This document shows, piece by piece, positions 10,426 through 23,682 of a stretch of DNA of 64,000 bases. This DNA is from TPA_inf: Saccharomyces (lineage: Eukaryota). Within the stretch, counting starts at the first letter, position 1, and each line of letters begins with the position of its first letter. The stretch covers positions 224,001 to 288,000 of the forward strand of contig BK006944.2 of the NCBI GenBank assembly GCA_000146045.2, written 5' to 3'. The notes under the pieces are model-generated. The model was given only the letters and a program-made list of their open reading frames with translations, did not search any database and was not told where the DNA came from. The translations under genes and the position numbers were made by a program.

Positions 10426-11787
10426 ATGTACTCATTTGAACTGGACAAATTGAAAATTGAGCTGAAAACATGGGAGCATGATTTCATTGATAAAAATAAA
10501 AGGGAACCCACAAGGGATGACATCAAGAGCCTGCGGACTGTTCGGCAGATGTATAAACAATATTCCACACTGAAGAAGAAACAATCTTTGCAACGACAAA
10601 AAGTTGACACTCAAGAGTCGGTTGAACTCCCGGCACATAAAAAAGACCACGACGAAGTCGTAGAGATAGGCCCTACTCCCCAAGTTTACGGTAAGGCGAT
10701 TAGTATCTTTGACATGAATTTGTCGCCTATAAAGCCTATATACATGACATTCACAAATAATATTGATGTTAACAATGATAACTCCAAGACAATTTCTAAT
10801 GAATCTTCTCCACGAAAAACTATTCTCCTAAAATCGTCGCCTGCAGATCGTACGTTAGTGGCGGAACCAATATCCAGTGTGAAACGCCAATTAAACTTTC
10901 AAATGCTAAACGCTTCTTCTACACGTACTCCGACTTCATCACCATGCAAGAATCGCAATGGGAAGTTGGTAGAAATCAAGAAATGTAGTCCAACTATTAA
11001 TCCTCCACTAGAATCTGGCAAACCATCGGGGTATTATGGACCTAATTCCCCGCTAAAATTGGATGAAGAAAACATTCACCTAAACATCTCACTTAATTCA
11101 AGCACTAAACGCCGGCTTCAAATAGCATATCCATCTTTACAGAAGACTCCCTCAAAGGATCAAGCGGATATTTCAACTTCATTTAGTCCGTCTCCACTCA
11201 TTAGAAGACCACTGACGAAATCCCTGATAGAATTGGCCAGGGAACATACTGAAATTGTAAAAGAATTTGGTGTCTTACAGGAAGAAGATATTGAAGAGGA
11301 AGAGGAAGGAGAAGAAGGCGAGAATGGTTACGATGAGAAAAACCACGAAGACGACTTTGGGCTAGAAGATGAACTAATTAGACCAAAAGTTGTGAAGGAC
11401 ATATTTCAAGAGGATGATGATAATGATGATAGCCAAGCAAGGGAAGATACCTTCATAAGAAAGAGACCCAAAAGAAGAAAGGTTATCAGAAGATTACGAG
11501 ACAATGATCCAGAAACCGAGACCGCAGGTTTTGAGAGAGATGTCCATAAGGAGCTGGTGAAACTCAAAAGAAGGAAAGTGGCAGAATTTTTGGGATCCAC
11601 CTCACAAATCTCTGATACTGAATTTGAACATGATCCGGAGGCAAGCAGCGGCGTTGTAAGCTCAGAGCAAAAGCCTACGGCTAAGCGAAAGGGTAGAAAG
11701 AAGTATAATCTAGTGAGCAATAACTTCAGAAGACTAAAACTGCCAAAGAAAAACCGATTCTCTAATGGACGATGGGGAAGAAGGTGA
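10426..11787 (+). CDS. SLD2: Replication initiation protein Sld2 (Dpb11-binding CDK substrate)
   Basis: 453 aa ORF MYSFELDKLKIELKTWEHDFIDKNKREPTRDDIKSLR...; many S/TP sites. Confidence 0.93.
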   Translation: MYSFELDKLKIELKTWEHDFIDKNKREPTRDDIKSLRTVRQMYKQYSTLKKKQSLQRQKVDTQESVELPAHKKDHDEVVEIGPTPQVYGKAISIFDMNLSPIKPIYMTFTNNIDVNNDNSKTISNESSPRKTILLKSSPADRTLVAEPISSVKRQLNFQMLNASSTRTPTSSPCKNRNGKLVEIKKCSPTINPPLESGKPSGYYGPNSPLKLDEENIHLNISLNSSTKRRLQIAYPSLQKTPSKDQADISTSFSPSPLIRRPLTKSLIELAREHTEIVKEFGVLQEEDIEEEEEGEEGENGYDEKNHEDDFGLEDELIRPKVVKDIFQEDDDNDDSQAREDTFIRKRPKRRKVIRRLRDNDPETETAGFERDVHKELVKLKRRKVAEFLGSTSQISDTEFEHDPEASSGVVSSEQKPTAKRKGRKKYNLVSNNFRRLKLPKKNRFSNGRWGRR

Positions 11788-12140
11788 GCGTGATGGCGTA
11801 AATAATACAAACATTTGTAATTTATAGAAACCTATTAAGTATTCAGTTAGATTCCTTCAGCTGCATGACGTATAGTTTATATGGACATCATACGTATTTT
11901 TATCAATATAGAGACTAGCATGTTTTTACACTTTTTATTTTTGTTGTTCAATTAGGGGCCTCGTCCATATATGTATATATATTACATAATCTGCAATCAT
12001 CAATTAGGGGAGGAATAATCGGCAGAGGTATAAATACAAAATTTAAAACAATTCAAGTGAATGAAAAGGTGAACCAACAAACAGAATATTACCACGTATC
12101 AAGGAAAAACTAATAATAGTATATTGGCGCATTTAGCAGG

Positions 12141-13070
12141 ATGTTCTGGAAAAAGGATCCCACCGTCAGTTGGGAAAGAAAAAATATCAATGACATTGAT
12201 TTTAGTCGTTTTAATGTGGCCATAATTGGTGGCACAGGTGGACTTGGACGTGCAATAAGTAGAGAGCTGGCCCAAAGAAATGCCAGGGTTACTGTTGTCG
12301 GGCAAACTTTTAGGGACGAGGACCTAAAAGATAAAATTAACTTTGTCAAGGCTGATTTAAGTTTAGTGTCAGAATGCAAGCGTATATCTCATAGTGATGA
12401 AATTCCCTACGAGGAGTTAACACATCTGATTTTCACTACGGGTATTTTTGCATCACGCCAGAGACAAGCTACAAGTGAGGGTTTGGAAAAAGACATGGCA
12501 GTGAGCTATTTGAGTAGATACATTATCTTCCATGATGTGGCGAAGCGATTAGGAATTAGTAGGACAAAAAAAGACGATTTGCCAAAAGTTTTCATAGCAG
12601 GGTTTCCAGGAAATGGTCAGGTGGGAGACCCAGATGACTTGAATTCTGATGAAAAGAAGTATAGTGCCTACGCTACACATATGAACACTGTGGCAGCCAA
12701 TGAAAGTCTGGTCATAGACGCTAAAGACAGATACACGAATATAGATACTTTCGGTTTGAACCCTGGGCTGATCAAAACGAACATTCGTAATAATCTTCTT
12801 GGCAGTGACACCTACCTCAGCCGCATTACAGAATGGATAATCAGCTGGACCTGTCAAAGCGCAGAGACGTATGCGAAAACAATATGCACCCTGATTGCGA
12901 GCCCCGCTATCGAATCACGCAGTGGTACAATGTTCAGCAACAAAGGCGATGCTATTTTACCTTCGCCTGGTTTGACCAAAGATGTTGTTGAGAAGTTTAT
13001 GGAAAATTCGGAACTTCTAGTTGAAAAGGCCTTGCGTAATCAAAGTCCTTTCACTTCCAGTAACGAATGA
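12141..13070 (+). CDS. Short-chain dehydrogenase/reductase family protein (systematic name YKL107W)
   Basis: 309 aa; N-terminal Rossmann motif IIGGTGGLGRAISRELA (TGxxxGxG); position between SLD2 and AAT1. Confidence 0.85.
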   Translation: MFWKKDPTVSWERKNINDIDFSRFNVAIIGGTGGLGRAISRELAQRNARVTVVGQTFRDEDLKDKINFVKADLSLVSECKRISHSDEIPYEELTHLIFTTGIFASRQRQATSEGLEKDMAVSYLSRYIIFHDVAKRLGISRTKKDDLPKVFIAGFPGNGQVGDPDDLNSDEKKYSAYATHMNTVAANESLVIDAKDRYTNIDTFGLNPGLIKTNIRNNLLGSDTYLSRITEWIISWTCQSAETYAKTICTLIASPAIESRSGTMFSNKGDAILPSPGLTKDVVEKFMENSELLVEKALRNQSPFTSSNE

Positions 13071-13535
13071 CTTGCTGTAACTAATTGGTTTATATTTAAA
13101 TATTTCACTTTTTAAAGGGCGTTTGCATGCGACCATCGTCGATGATTCATATTGTTCGGATGCGGAAGATGGCTTCCATGAGTTTTGCACGCCGTCTCAT
13201 GTGATTGTTGGAGTCATAGCTCGCATATCTTCCTATTGTCAGATGTAATATCGACGGAAATGGCATCTTGGAGTATGGAAGCACTATTCTGCTTTGCTCC
13301 AATATTTAGGATGCCGCATTTTTCATATTTTTTTTTACATTTTTCGCTTACGTATATAAATTGCTAGCAAGTATTCGCTCTCTCTGTCTTGGTTATCTAA
13401 TTGCTAACCGTCGCAATTGAAAAGAAAAAAAAAATACAGAATAGACGATAGCGGATTGAACGATAGCATACTATTGAGTGCGTTTTCCCTTCTCATTTGA
13501 AAATTACTATCCGTTTTTCACTGCCGAAAGACTTG

Positions 13536-14891
13536 ATGTTGAGGACGAGGCTTACTAATTGCAGTCTATGGAGGCCCTACTACACGTCATCGCTTAGTAG
13601 AGTACCAAGAGCACCTCCAGATAAAGTCTTGGGGTTATCTGAACACTTCAAAAAGGTAAAAAATGTTAACAAAATTGACCTGACCGTAGGAATATATAAA
13701 GATGGTTGGGGCAAAGTGACGACGTTTCCCTCCGTTGCAAAAGCTCAAAAATTGATTGAATCTCATTTAGAGTTGAATAAGAATCTTTCATATTTACCAA
13801 TAACAGGTTCCAAAGAATTTCAGGAAAACGTTATGAAATTTTTGTTCAAGGAATCATGTCCGCAGTTTGGGCCATTTTATTTAGCCCATGATAGAATCAG
13901 CTTTGTTCAGACTTTGAGTGGTACAGGCGCCCTAGCTGTAGCAGCTAAATTCTTGGCATTATTTATTTCAAGAGATATTTGGATACCTGACCCATCATGG
14001 GCAAATCATAAGAACATTTTTCAGAACAATGGTTTTGAAAATATTTACCGGTATTCCTATTATAAGGACGGTCAGATAGACATCGACGGATGGATTGAGC
14101 AATTGAAAACCTTTGCATATAACAACCAGCAAGAAAACAATAAGAACCCACCTTGCATAATCTTGCATGCGTGTTGTCACAACCCTACAGGTCTCGACCC
14201 AACTAAAGAGCAATGGGAAAAGATTATAGATACTATATATGAGCTAAAAATGGTACCCATTGTTGATATGGCTTATCAGGGTTTAGAGTCTGGTAACTTA
14301 CTAAAGGACGCATATTTATTGAGGCTATGTCTCAATGTAAATAAATATCCAAATTGGAGTAACGGTATCTTTCTTTGTCAATCTTTTGCCAAGAACATGG
14401 GCCTTTATGGTGAACGAGTTGGTTCCTTAAGCGTTATCACGCCGGCAACTGCGAACAATGGAAAGTTCAACCCTCTACAACAGAAAAACTCATTGCAGCA
14501 AAATATTGACTCCCAATTAAAAAAGATTGTCAGAGGTATGTATTCTTCTCCACCAGGATACGGTTCTCGTGTGGTAAATGTAGTATTATCAGATTTCAAA
14601 TTGAAACAGCAATGGTTCAAGGATGTTGATTTCATGGTTCAGAGATTGCATCACGTCAGACAGGAGATGTTTGACCGTCTAGGGTGGCCGGATCTTGTAA
14701 ATTTCGCACAACAGCACGGTATGTTTTACTATACAAGGTTTAGTCCAAAGCAAGTCGAAATATTGAGAAACAATTACTTCGTCTATTTAACAGGTGATGG
14801 TAGATTGTCGCTTAGCGGAGTCAATGATTCGAACGTTGATTACTTATGTGAATCTCTTGAAGCAGTCTCGAAAATGGACAAACTCGCATAA
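13536..14891 (+). CDS. AAT1: Mitochondrial aspartate aminotransferase
   Basis: MLRTRLTNCSLWRPYYTSSLSRVPRAPPDKVLGLSEHF... aminotransferase class I fold; track ORF starts at TTG 13497, first ATG 13536 gives 451 aa. Confidence 0.9.
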   Translation: MLRTRLTNCSLWRPYYTSSLSRVPRAPPDKVLGLSEHFKKVKNVNKIDLTVGIYKDGWGKVTTFPSVAKAQKLIESHLELNKNLSYLPITGSKEFQENVMKFLFKESCPQFGPFYLAHDRISFVQTLSGTGALAVAAKFLALFISRDIWIPDPSWANHKNIFQNNGFENIYRYSYYKDGQIDIDGWIEQLKTFAYNNQQENNKNPPCIILHACCHNPTGLDPTKEQWEKIIDTIYELKMVPIVDMAYQGLESGNLLKDAYLLRLCLNVNKYPNWSNGIFLCQSFAKNMGLYGERVGSLSVITPATANNGKFNPLQQKNSLQQNIDSQLKKIVRGMYSSPPGYGSRVVNVVLSDFKLKQQWFKDVDFMVQRLHHVRQEMFDRLGWPDLVNFAQQHGMFYYTRFSPKQVEILRNNYFVYLTGDGRLSLSGVNDSNVDYLCESLEAVSKMDKLA

Positions 14892-15184
14892 TTTTTTCAC
14901 CTTACAGTTCACCTTTGTCTTTATTTTTTTATTACTTTTCCCTTCTCATTTTGCCACACAATAATTTATAGAATATAATAATTTTTTGTAATAATTAATA
15001 AACCTTTTTTTTATCTACTCTATATACACTTTTCAGATAACTAGATTGGATTAATTCGTGATCGAACTAGTTATTAAATTTTAAATGAAAAGAAAGCTAG
15101 CGCTAGCCAACTATTTTAATTACGGTGGCAGTGCATCATATCCTTACATTTCATTTTAGGTTTCCTATGTTTTCTTCTTTCAAA

Positions 15185-18100
15185 TCATTTCCTGCCAAAA
15201 ATTTTTTTCAGTTTCCTACCGAATTTACTGTGACCGTGACGGTCATGCGACTTATCTTTTATAGCTGCATCATCGTTATGAAGCTTGTGTATCTCTCCAT
15301 TTTTATCAATGATAGTCACCGGAACGCTTAATGGTAAGGCTGTAGGCAGGTCAGGATTTGATGACTCCAAAGTGGCTGTTCCACCAGATATGTTCCTATT
15401 TGACAATTGGCTTTTATTTCCGAATAATGAAAACCGGTGGCCTTCTGTACCAGCTTCGCTTACGTCATTAGTGTTCATGGATGATGCAGTGTAAGGGGAA
15501 GAATCATCGTTGTTGCAGCTCTTTTTATTTGCTAATATTGGCATATCGTTTTCGTTGGTCTTATTTTTGAAGTTCGTCATGGGATTAACTATCTCTGTTT
15601 CGTTCGTGGTATGAGTAGAATGACTTGTTCTCCTTTTCAGCGGAGAGGGCAAACCAAAAGTCCATGATTTTCTTGAGACATGACCTCCTTTTTCCTTCTT
15701 TTCTTCCACATCCAGGTTCTCTGCTGCTGTGGCTGTAGCATTCTTTGTGATAAGTGGCTCTCTCAAAGACATGCTTCTAAATCCTAGGTTATCCTTCGCA
15801 GGTCTTTCCTTCTCAAAACTAGACTTCCTGGCGGGGGGTTCTTTGGGGTAGAGTGCACTATTATTTTTATCAATGTATAGAGGGACATGATCAGGCAATC
15901 GTCTCGATGTTGTGCTCGCCTGAGGAGCTTTTGGAAAACACTTGGACGCCTCGTGTGAAGCCAAGTTGCCAGATGATGGAGGATTTGATGGCTTCTTGCT
16001 ATGATATGGAGGGGATGAAGATGAGTCAGAAGCTGGATATACTATATTATGCGAAAGAGTAGCCTCATTTGAACTACCACGTAGAGTTCTTAGGCACGAA
16101 CGATTGGTGATTTTTCTTTTATCGTCGAGACGCTTGGGAGACATCACGGGTATTTGATGAGAACTAGATTGATCGTATTTCTGTTTTGAAATACTCGTCG
16201 GAGGGCCATGGCTGTTCGTTTTCGTATTGGAAGCAGTTTTCCCTGTAGAGGAATCAATATTTGGAGACGTTTCTATCGAATAAATGGACGAGGAAGTACT
16301 TGATGGAACGGCTGATTGTTTCAAATCAGATCTAAGTTGTGGTTGTAGTGAGCTTTTCAAAAGGTCAGGTGCAACTCTTGTGGTATCCGTGGAGGACTTG
16401 GAGTTCACGTTTTCGGAATCTAGGCTGAAAGTGTCTGAACTTGTGTTAGTGAGGTAAGGATTAGCACCACGTAAATACTTGGCCATGTTTGTTCCGGACT
16501 GACTAACTTCTGCATTTTCAGAATTTTGTTCCTTCTTTTTATTATCTTCTGTCTCGGTAGAATATTCTGAAGGGTGTTTTAATGAAGGCACGTCAGATAT
16601 ATCTTGTTCTATTTGAACCGGATCTCTCATTATCACGTCATAAGAATCATGATATTCATCATCATCGTCATCATCATCGTCATCATCATCGTCAACATTT
16701 TCATCATCGTCAACATTTTCATCCTTGTCATCATCGTTAACATCATCGTCCTTGTCATCATCATCGTCATTATCATTGTCTTTGTCATCATCATCGTCCT
16801 TGTCATTGTTGGGTCCATTATTTTTGTCCATAACACTACCAGTCTCATCCTCCAGTTTAACGTTCTCGATCCCAGAAGTGCTAGGGAATTTTTCAGAACT
16901 TTCCGGTTCATTATCGGAAAGCGCCTCTTCTTGATCTTCTTTTTGGACTAAAAAGCAATTTGTATCGACGAGGCCTGACTTTTTTCCCTTTGTACGTTCT
17001 TCCTGTTTTTCACTATCATCATCTTGCGGAATTTTTAGTCCAACCTGATTTCCGCCTATTTCAGACTCCACACTTGTCTTTGCAGTAGCGCGAAGATCAG
17101 TTGCCGAGCCTTCTATATAATTATAATCGGATAATTCGCTGCCAGTGAGACTGTTTGAATCTGCAATGCACCTCACTTCGTTATCTGAATTCATGTGGAA
17201 GTTAGAATTGTTTAAAGAGCCGAGAAGAATAGGATCTACTAAATTTCCTTCGGCATCAACAGAATCGATATTCTCTGCATTTTCAATATTCTGAGTTTGA
17301 TTGGAGAGAGTTGATGGCTCTTTCTCCACGTCTTCCGGAGGTACATAGGCAGGCTTAGGTTCTGATAAAGTAGGTTGACGAATCGTGATCGATTTGACCT
17401 CGGATGCTACTTCCTGTCCTTTGTGAAAGTGTTGTTTTCTTTTGCTTTCAATTAGTTTTAATTCTTGGGCTTCAAGGTCGGCATTCTCCTTAACTATATT
17501 TAGCTCTCTTTTCAATAACTCCATTCTCCGTTCTTCATCTAGCTTAACTTTTCGCAATTCCAAAATTAAGCTTTGTTCCCTTTCTTCTTCGTTCAATTTT
17601 GCTATTTCGATATTTGATATTTTTTCCTCCAAGCTATGAACCTCTTTAAGCAATGTTTCAATTTCTTCCTTTTTCTCACGTCCACTGAGACCACTTTTAT
17701 CTTTTTTGGGTATGCTACGATCGAGAACGCTGGGTTCAATAAAAGAGTTTTCGTCATCGGATATAATCATGGGTTTAAATTCTAAAGGATCATGAAGATC
17801 CTCTTGCAGTTCTTGTTCCGTTTCCTCGTTCATAGTTGTTGGTATTAATGGAACATTGTTATGCCGTTGCTTTAATGATGTAGTATGCATTTTAGATAAT
17901 ACTTTGCCATGATAATCGTTTTTTGATTTACCGCCGCTTTCACTTTTTTTCTCTTGTGATCCTGCTTTCTTAGTAGTTTTATTCCTATGCATTAGACTAG
18001 TTTTGTTGTTTCGAGTAGGCAAAGAATATGCTCTACCACCTCGTTGGTTTGAGCGGTTGCTCAGACTGTATCTAGGAGGCTCTACTTCCACGGGTACTTC

Positions 18101-18583
18101 CACAGCCATTAACCCCCTAGGGCCTGGTATGTATTTTTTTATCGTCCTTATTGTGCTGCCTGAGTTCCCAAGTGATGTGGTCCTTGATTTACTATTCTGA
18201 CCAGTCGAACTTGAAATGTTTAAAACCTTCGATGACTGCTTGCCTCCAAATTCTCGAAACGTGGTTTCTGCATCCTCGTGAGCCCTGTGTTGCCTTCTCC
18301 CCGCCGAATTATTAGAGGTATTCTTATGTCCTTGGTTTGGCAAACTCGACGTGCGCTTAGAGTATTGGCGAACGTTACCATTCATTAAGAGCATCCTTGA
18401 GTTAGTCCTAGAATTCGAGAGCATTGTATACCTATTAATCCCTGCGATTGACGTAGTTCGAGAGGTAAAACTCTGATTGTATTGCGGTATTTTACTCTTG
18501 TCAACGGTCCTCCCATTATAACTGAGCGCATTTCCAATTGCTGCTGCTGCTGCTAAGGCATCTGGACTACTTTCTTGGATCAT
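15185..18583 (-). CDS. SEG2: Eisosome-associated protein Seg2 (Seg1 paralog)
   Basis: 1132 aa ORF MIQESSPDALAAAAAIGNALSYNGRTV...; contains ~50-residue poly-Asp/acidic tract. Confidence 0.88.
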   Translation of the reverse strand: MIQESSPDALAAAAAIGNALSYNGRTVDKSKIPQYNQSFTSRTTSIAGINRYTMLSNSRTNSRMLLMNGNVRQYSKRTSSLPNQGHKNTSNNSAGRRQHRAHEDAETTFREFGGKQSSKVLNISSSTGQNSKSRTTSLGNSGSTIRTIKKYIPGPRGLMAVEVPVEVEPPRYSLSNRSNQRGGRAYSLPTRNNKTSLMHRNKTTKKAGSQEKKSESGGKSKNDYHGKVLSKMHTTSLKQRHNNVPLIPTTMNEETEQELQEDLHDPLEFKPMIISDDENSFIEPSVLDRSIPKKDKSGLSGREKKEEIETLLKEVHSLEEKISNIEIAKLNEEEREQSLILELRKVKLDEERRMELLKRELNIVKENADLEAQELKLIESKRKQHFHKGQEVASEVKSITIRQPTLSEPKPAYVPPEDVEKEPSTLSNQTQNIENAENIDSVDAEGNLVDPILLGSLNNSNFHMNSDNEVRCIADSNSLTGSELSDYNYIEGSATDLRATAKTSVESEIGGNQVGLKIPQDDDSEKQEERTKGKKSGLVDTNCFLVQKEDQEEALSDNEPESSEKFPSTSGIENVKLEDETGSVMDKNNGPNNDKDDDDDKDNDNDDDDDKDDDVNDDDKDENVDDDENVDDDDDDDDDDDDEYHDSYDVIMRDPVQIEQDISDVPSLKHPSEYSTETEDNKKKEQNSENAEVSQSGTNMAKYLRGANPYLTNTSSDTFSLDSENVNSKSSTDTTRVAPDLLKSSLQPQLRSDLKQSAVPSSTSSSIYSIETSPNIDSSTGKTASNTKTNSHGPPTSISKQKYDQSSSHQIPVMSPKRLDDKRKITNRSCLRTLRGSSNEATLSHNIVYPASDSSSSPPYHSKKPSNPPSSGNLASHEASKCFPKAPQASTTSRRLPDHVPLYIDKNNSALYPKEPPARKSSFEKERPAKDNLGFRSMSLREPLITKNATATAAENLDVEEKKEKGGHVSRKSWTFGLPSPLKRRTSHSTHTTNETEIVNPMTNFKNKTNENDMPILANKKSCNNDDSSPYTASSMNTNDVSEAGTEGHRFSLFGNKSQLSNRNISGGTATLESSNPDLPTALPLSVPVTIIDKNGEIHKLHNDDAAIKDKSHDRHGHSKFGRKLKKIFGRK
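16640..16800. repeat. GAT/GAC-rich coding trinucleotide repeat (poly-Asp tract of SEG2)
   Basis: runs of catcatcgtcatcatc... on + strand; generates spurious antisense and alternate-frame ORFs 16604-16951. Confidence 0.8.
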
Positions 18584-19219
18584 CCCGCTATTTCCAATGC
18601 TCCCACTATTTGTTGATACTTGCCTCTTTCAGAGCTATCTGCCTTATGTTGATTATTAGGGTTAATAAATGCTATTTCCTCCCGCAATAATTGTGTAATT
18701 TGAACGAAGAATATGAAGAAGATGGAATGGCGATTTTCACTCTAAATTTTAAAAATTGCCTCTTTACAATAGCGAATTTCCTAACCCTTTTTTTTTTTTG
18801 TTGATTGCCTATTGCTCGTTCACTTCCCATTTATTTTCTCTCGAATTTCACCAAAAGTTGATGTGGATAATCAATCATCGGGCCTATTCCTGCGGGTAAA
18901 ACGCAGGGCCCAACTCAGGATAGGGTTTAATATTATTTTAGAGGACTTACAAGAAGGAAGTTATATGGTTTAAAAATTGTAACAAAGTTAGAACACATTT
19001 ATTTAGCAGGTCTAATTTAGGGCTGCAACTATCTTTTTGGTTATTCATATAAAATATAATTTTTTATTTATATAGAGAATACAAGTGGAATCATCTTTAA
19101 CGCCAGCTTGTAGTGCGCATTGCAGAATAATGGAAGTTCAAAAATTAAAAGCGAAGGAGAAGTGATAGTAGAAAGACGGATGGGAGGCTGGGGGACGAAG
19201 AGAAAGTAAAAGGGTTAAT

Positions 19220-21409
<2,190 letters not shown>

Positions 21410-22137
21410 TTATTGCTTATTTGGCCCTGATAACTATATAAGAAAAGAAATACAGTTATTCCTTGTTTATGCTGGCTTTTTGTCCACTTTTTCTCAACTA
21501 TATAACTATGATGTTGGAAAGGACACCGGTTCTGTAACTTTGCAGTGAAAATAAGTGTGATGGATGACTGAGAATGCTTTCTTGTAAGCGAAAAGAAGTA
21601 CGTGTTCCAAAAATAAAGCAGAAAGGCGAAAAGGGTCGAATGTAAGACACTAAATAAATATTTTAAGAAGAGGAAAAGTCGCCTCAGAAACGCTAAAATG
21701 CATCCGATTTCCCAAAGAGGAAGTCTAATGTTTTCGATTTGTGAAAAAAAGATAAAAATCGAAGAAAATGTAGGGAGCCGCGCGTTACCCGGATTGATAT
21801 TTGAGTGATCGACGGCGTCACAAAAGAAAGAATGCTTGGCTAATCAAGAAAAGTATGTGGTTTGTTTCATCTAATACGGCTGTCAAGGCCCACATTGGTG
21901 TTCAAATGCATTTTTTATAGTTCGTGGTTACTGTTAATATTCTTTCCTAGTAGAATGTTTGGGGTTTAGGTATTTTTGATGTTTTATTTATAAATAGATA
22001 TTTATATCTTGACGATTGTGGTGTTTTATTTTTTTTTTTTTATACATTTTTCTTTTCTTCCTGATTCGAAATAAAAGTATTTTTAGAAAAAGGATAAAGA
22101 AACAGAAATCAAAAGAAATAAAAAGAGTGTGGCAAAA

Positions 22138-23682
22138 TCACAACTCGCCGAATTCATCGTAGACTGATCTCCAGTGCTTGAAAAATCCGTTGAAGAACTT
22201 AACACCTAATCCGACATCCTTGGACCCTGTAGCAGCTCTGATGCTGTGCATGGACAACTGTGCAATTCCCAGGTCTATGGTACGAGCACCTGTTTGAGAA
22301 GCCAATGATGGGCCGATAGTACCACCTGATCTTGAGTTGTTTTTGATTTGGAAATATTGCACTTTGTCTCCATTGCGGCGTGCTAATTCTTCTACTAGGG
22401 CAGTTCCTACGACATCTGTGGCCATATGACCGTTAGGATCCAGTGATAAAGTGATTCCGACATTAGGCACTGGAAAATGATTCTTCAAATAGACTTCAGG
22501 AAAGTTTGGGTTGTAGAGGTGGTTGACGTCTGCGGACAAGATGATGGAATTAGCCCAAACCGTATGCAAATCGACCGGTTTCTTAGTGAATGCAGAAGAA
22601 CTGCGTTCCACCACTGACTCCAACAAGCCACCTTTTGCGCCTTGTCTTGTCAACGATCCGATTTCTTCATTATCATACAAAGTGACAGTAGAGAATAAAT
22701 CTGATTCCTCGGTATTAACATCCTTAGCGTAGCAAATCAAAGCAATCATTGCTGCGAAACTACACAACCTGTCATCTAGACGTGGTGCAAAAAGGAAGTG
22801 TTTACCAATACCTCCAATGGTACCCTTTTGCACATCGAATAAGTCTAAATCCATTTGAATCAATTCGGACACTTCCACACCGGCTAATTTGGCAACGTAC
22901 CTTAACAGGTGGATGCAGTGTTTGCCAAATAAGGGCGATTTCTTTTCATCATCCGTGGGAGGTTCATTACCTTCCTCATCCGGAGTGGGGAAGCCGATGA
23001 CCGGGATAGTTTGGTCCTCTTTATCAAATGGGCCTTCAGCAGGTTTACCGAAATGGGGAGCCAAGGAAGGAATTCGACAAACAGGTAGGGGTGTAGAATC
23101 AACCAAGGCGCTTTTAATTTCGTTAGTGCCCTTCTTCTTGTAAAGAAGGCGACCACCAATACCTAGGTCTCTGTCTAGCCACAATTCATTCAGTGTACCT
23201 CCATAGGGAGCAACAGCAATTCTTCCGTAACCTTCCGCTGTGTCTTTAAAGGAGACGGGCTTCAATTTGACCGTCAAAGCGTCCACATGAGATCCAATGA
23301 CACCGACACCCTTTTCGGCTCTCCAGTTTTTGCCCAGGATAAAGGCAGATAGGTTAGTTCCATTTCTTATAGTGTAGAATTTCCCACCATCTTCGCCAAT
23401 GGAGTCCTGCCAATTGGATTTCTCGCTCAAGTATTTGAAGTTATGCTTATCTAACAGCTCCGCGAAAAATGATACTACATGGTAAGTGGTAGGGTTCTTG
23501 TAAATGAAATCAATGAATTCCTGTGCAATATCCTCATAATTGTGCTCGAGGATGCACCACGAATTTTCATTTTCTTTCTTTTCCTTTTCTTCGTTGGCGA
23601 TTTGGTTATTTTTAGATGGCTCTACAGTTAGCATCTGCAGAGTTTTCTTCAATTGTTCCAGTATTTCACGTTGTTCCTCCAT
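22138..23682 (-). CDS. APE1: Vacuolar aminopeptidase I (M18 family; Cvt pathway cargo)
   Basis: 514 aa MEEQREILEQLKKTLQMLTVEPSKNN... with N-terminal propeptide and M18 peptidase domain. Confidence 0.95.
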   Translation of the reverse strand: MEEQREILEQLKKTLQMLTVEPSKNNQIANEEKEKKENENSWCILEHNYEDIAQEFIDFIYKNPTTYHVVSFFAELLDKHNFKYLSEKSNWQDSIGEDGGKFYTIRNGTNLSAFILGKNWRAEKGVGVIGSHVDALTVKLKPVSFKDTAEGYGRIAVAPYGGTLNELWLDRDLGIGGRLLYKKKGTNEIKSALVDSTPLPVCRIPSLAPHFGKPAEGPFDKEDQTIPVIGFPTPDEEGNEPPTDDEKKSPLFGKHCIHLLRYVAKLAGVEVSELIQMDLDLFDVQKGTIGGIGKHFLFAPRLDDRLCSFAAMIALICYAKDVNTEESDLFSTVTLYDNEEIGSLTRQGAKGGLLESVVERSSSAFTKKPVDLHTVWANSIILSADVNHLYNPNFPEVYLKNHFPVPNVGITLSLDPNGHMATDVVGTALVEELARRNGDKVQYFQIKNNSRSGGTIGPSLASQTGARTIDLGIAQLSMHSIRAATGSKDVGLGVKFFNGFFKHWRSVYDEFGEL

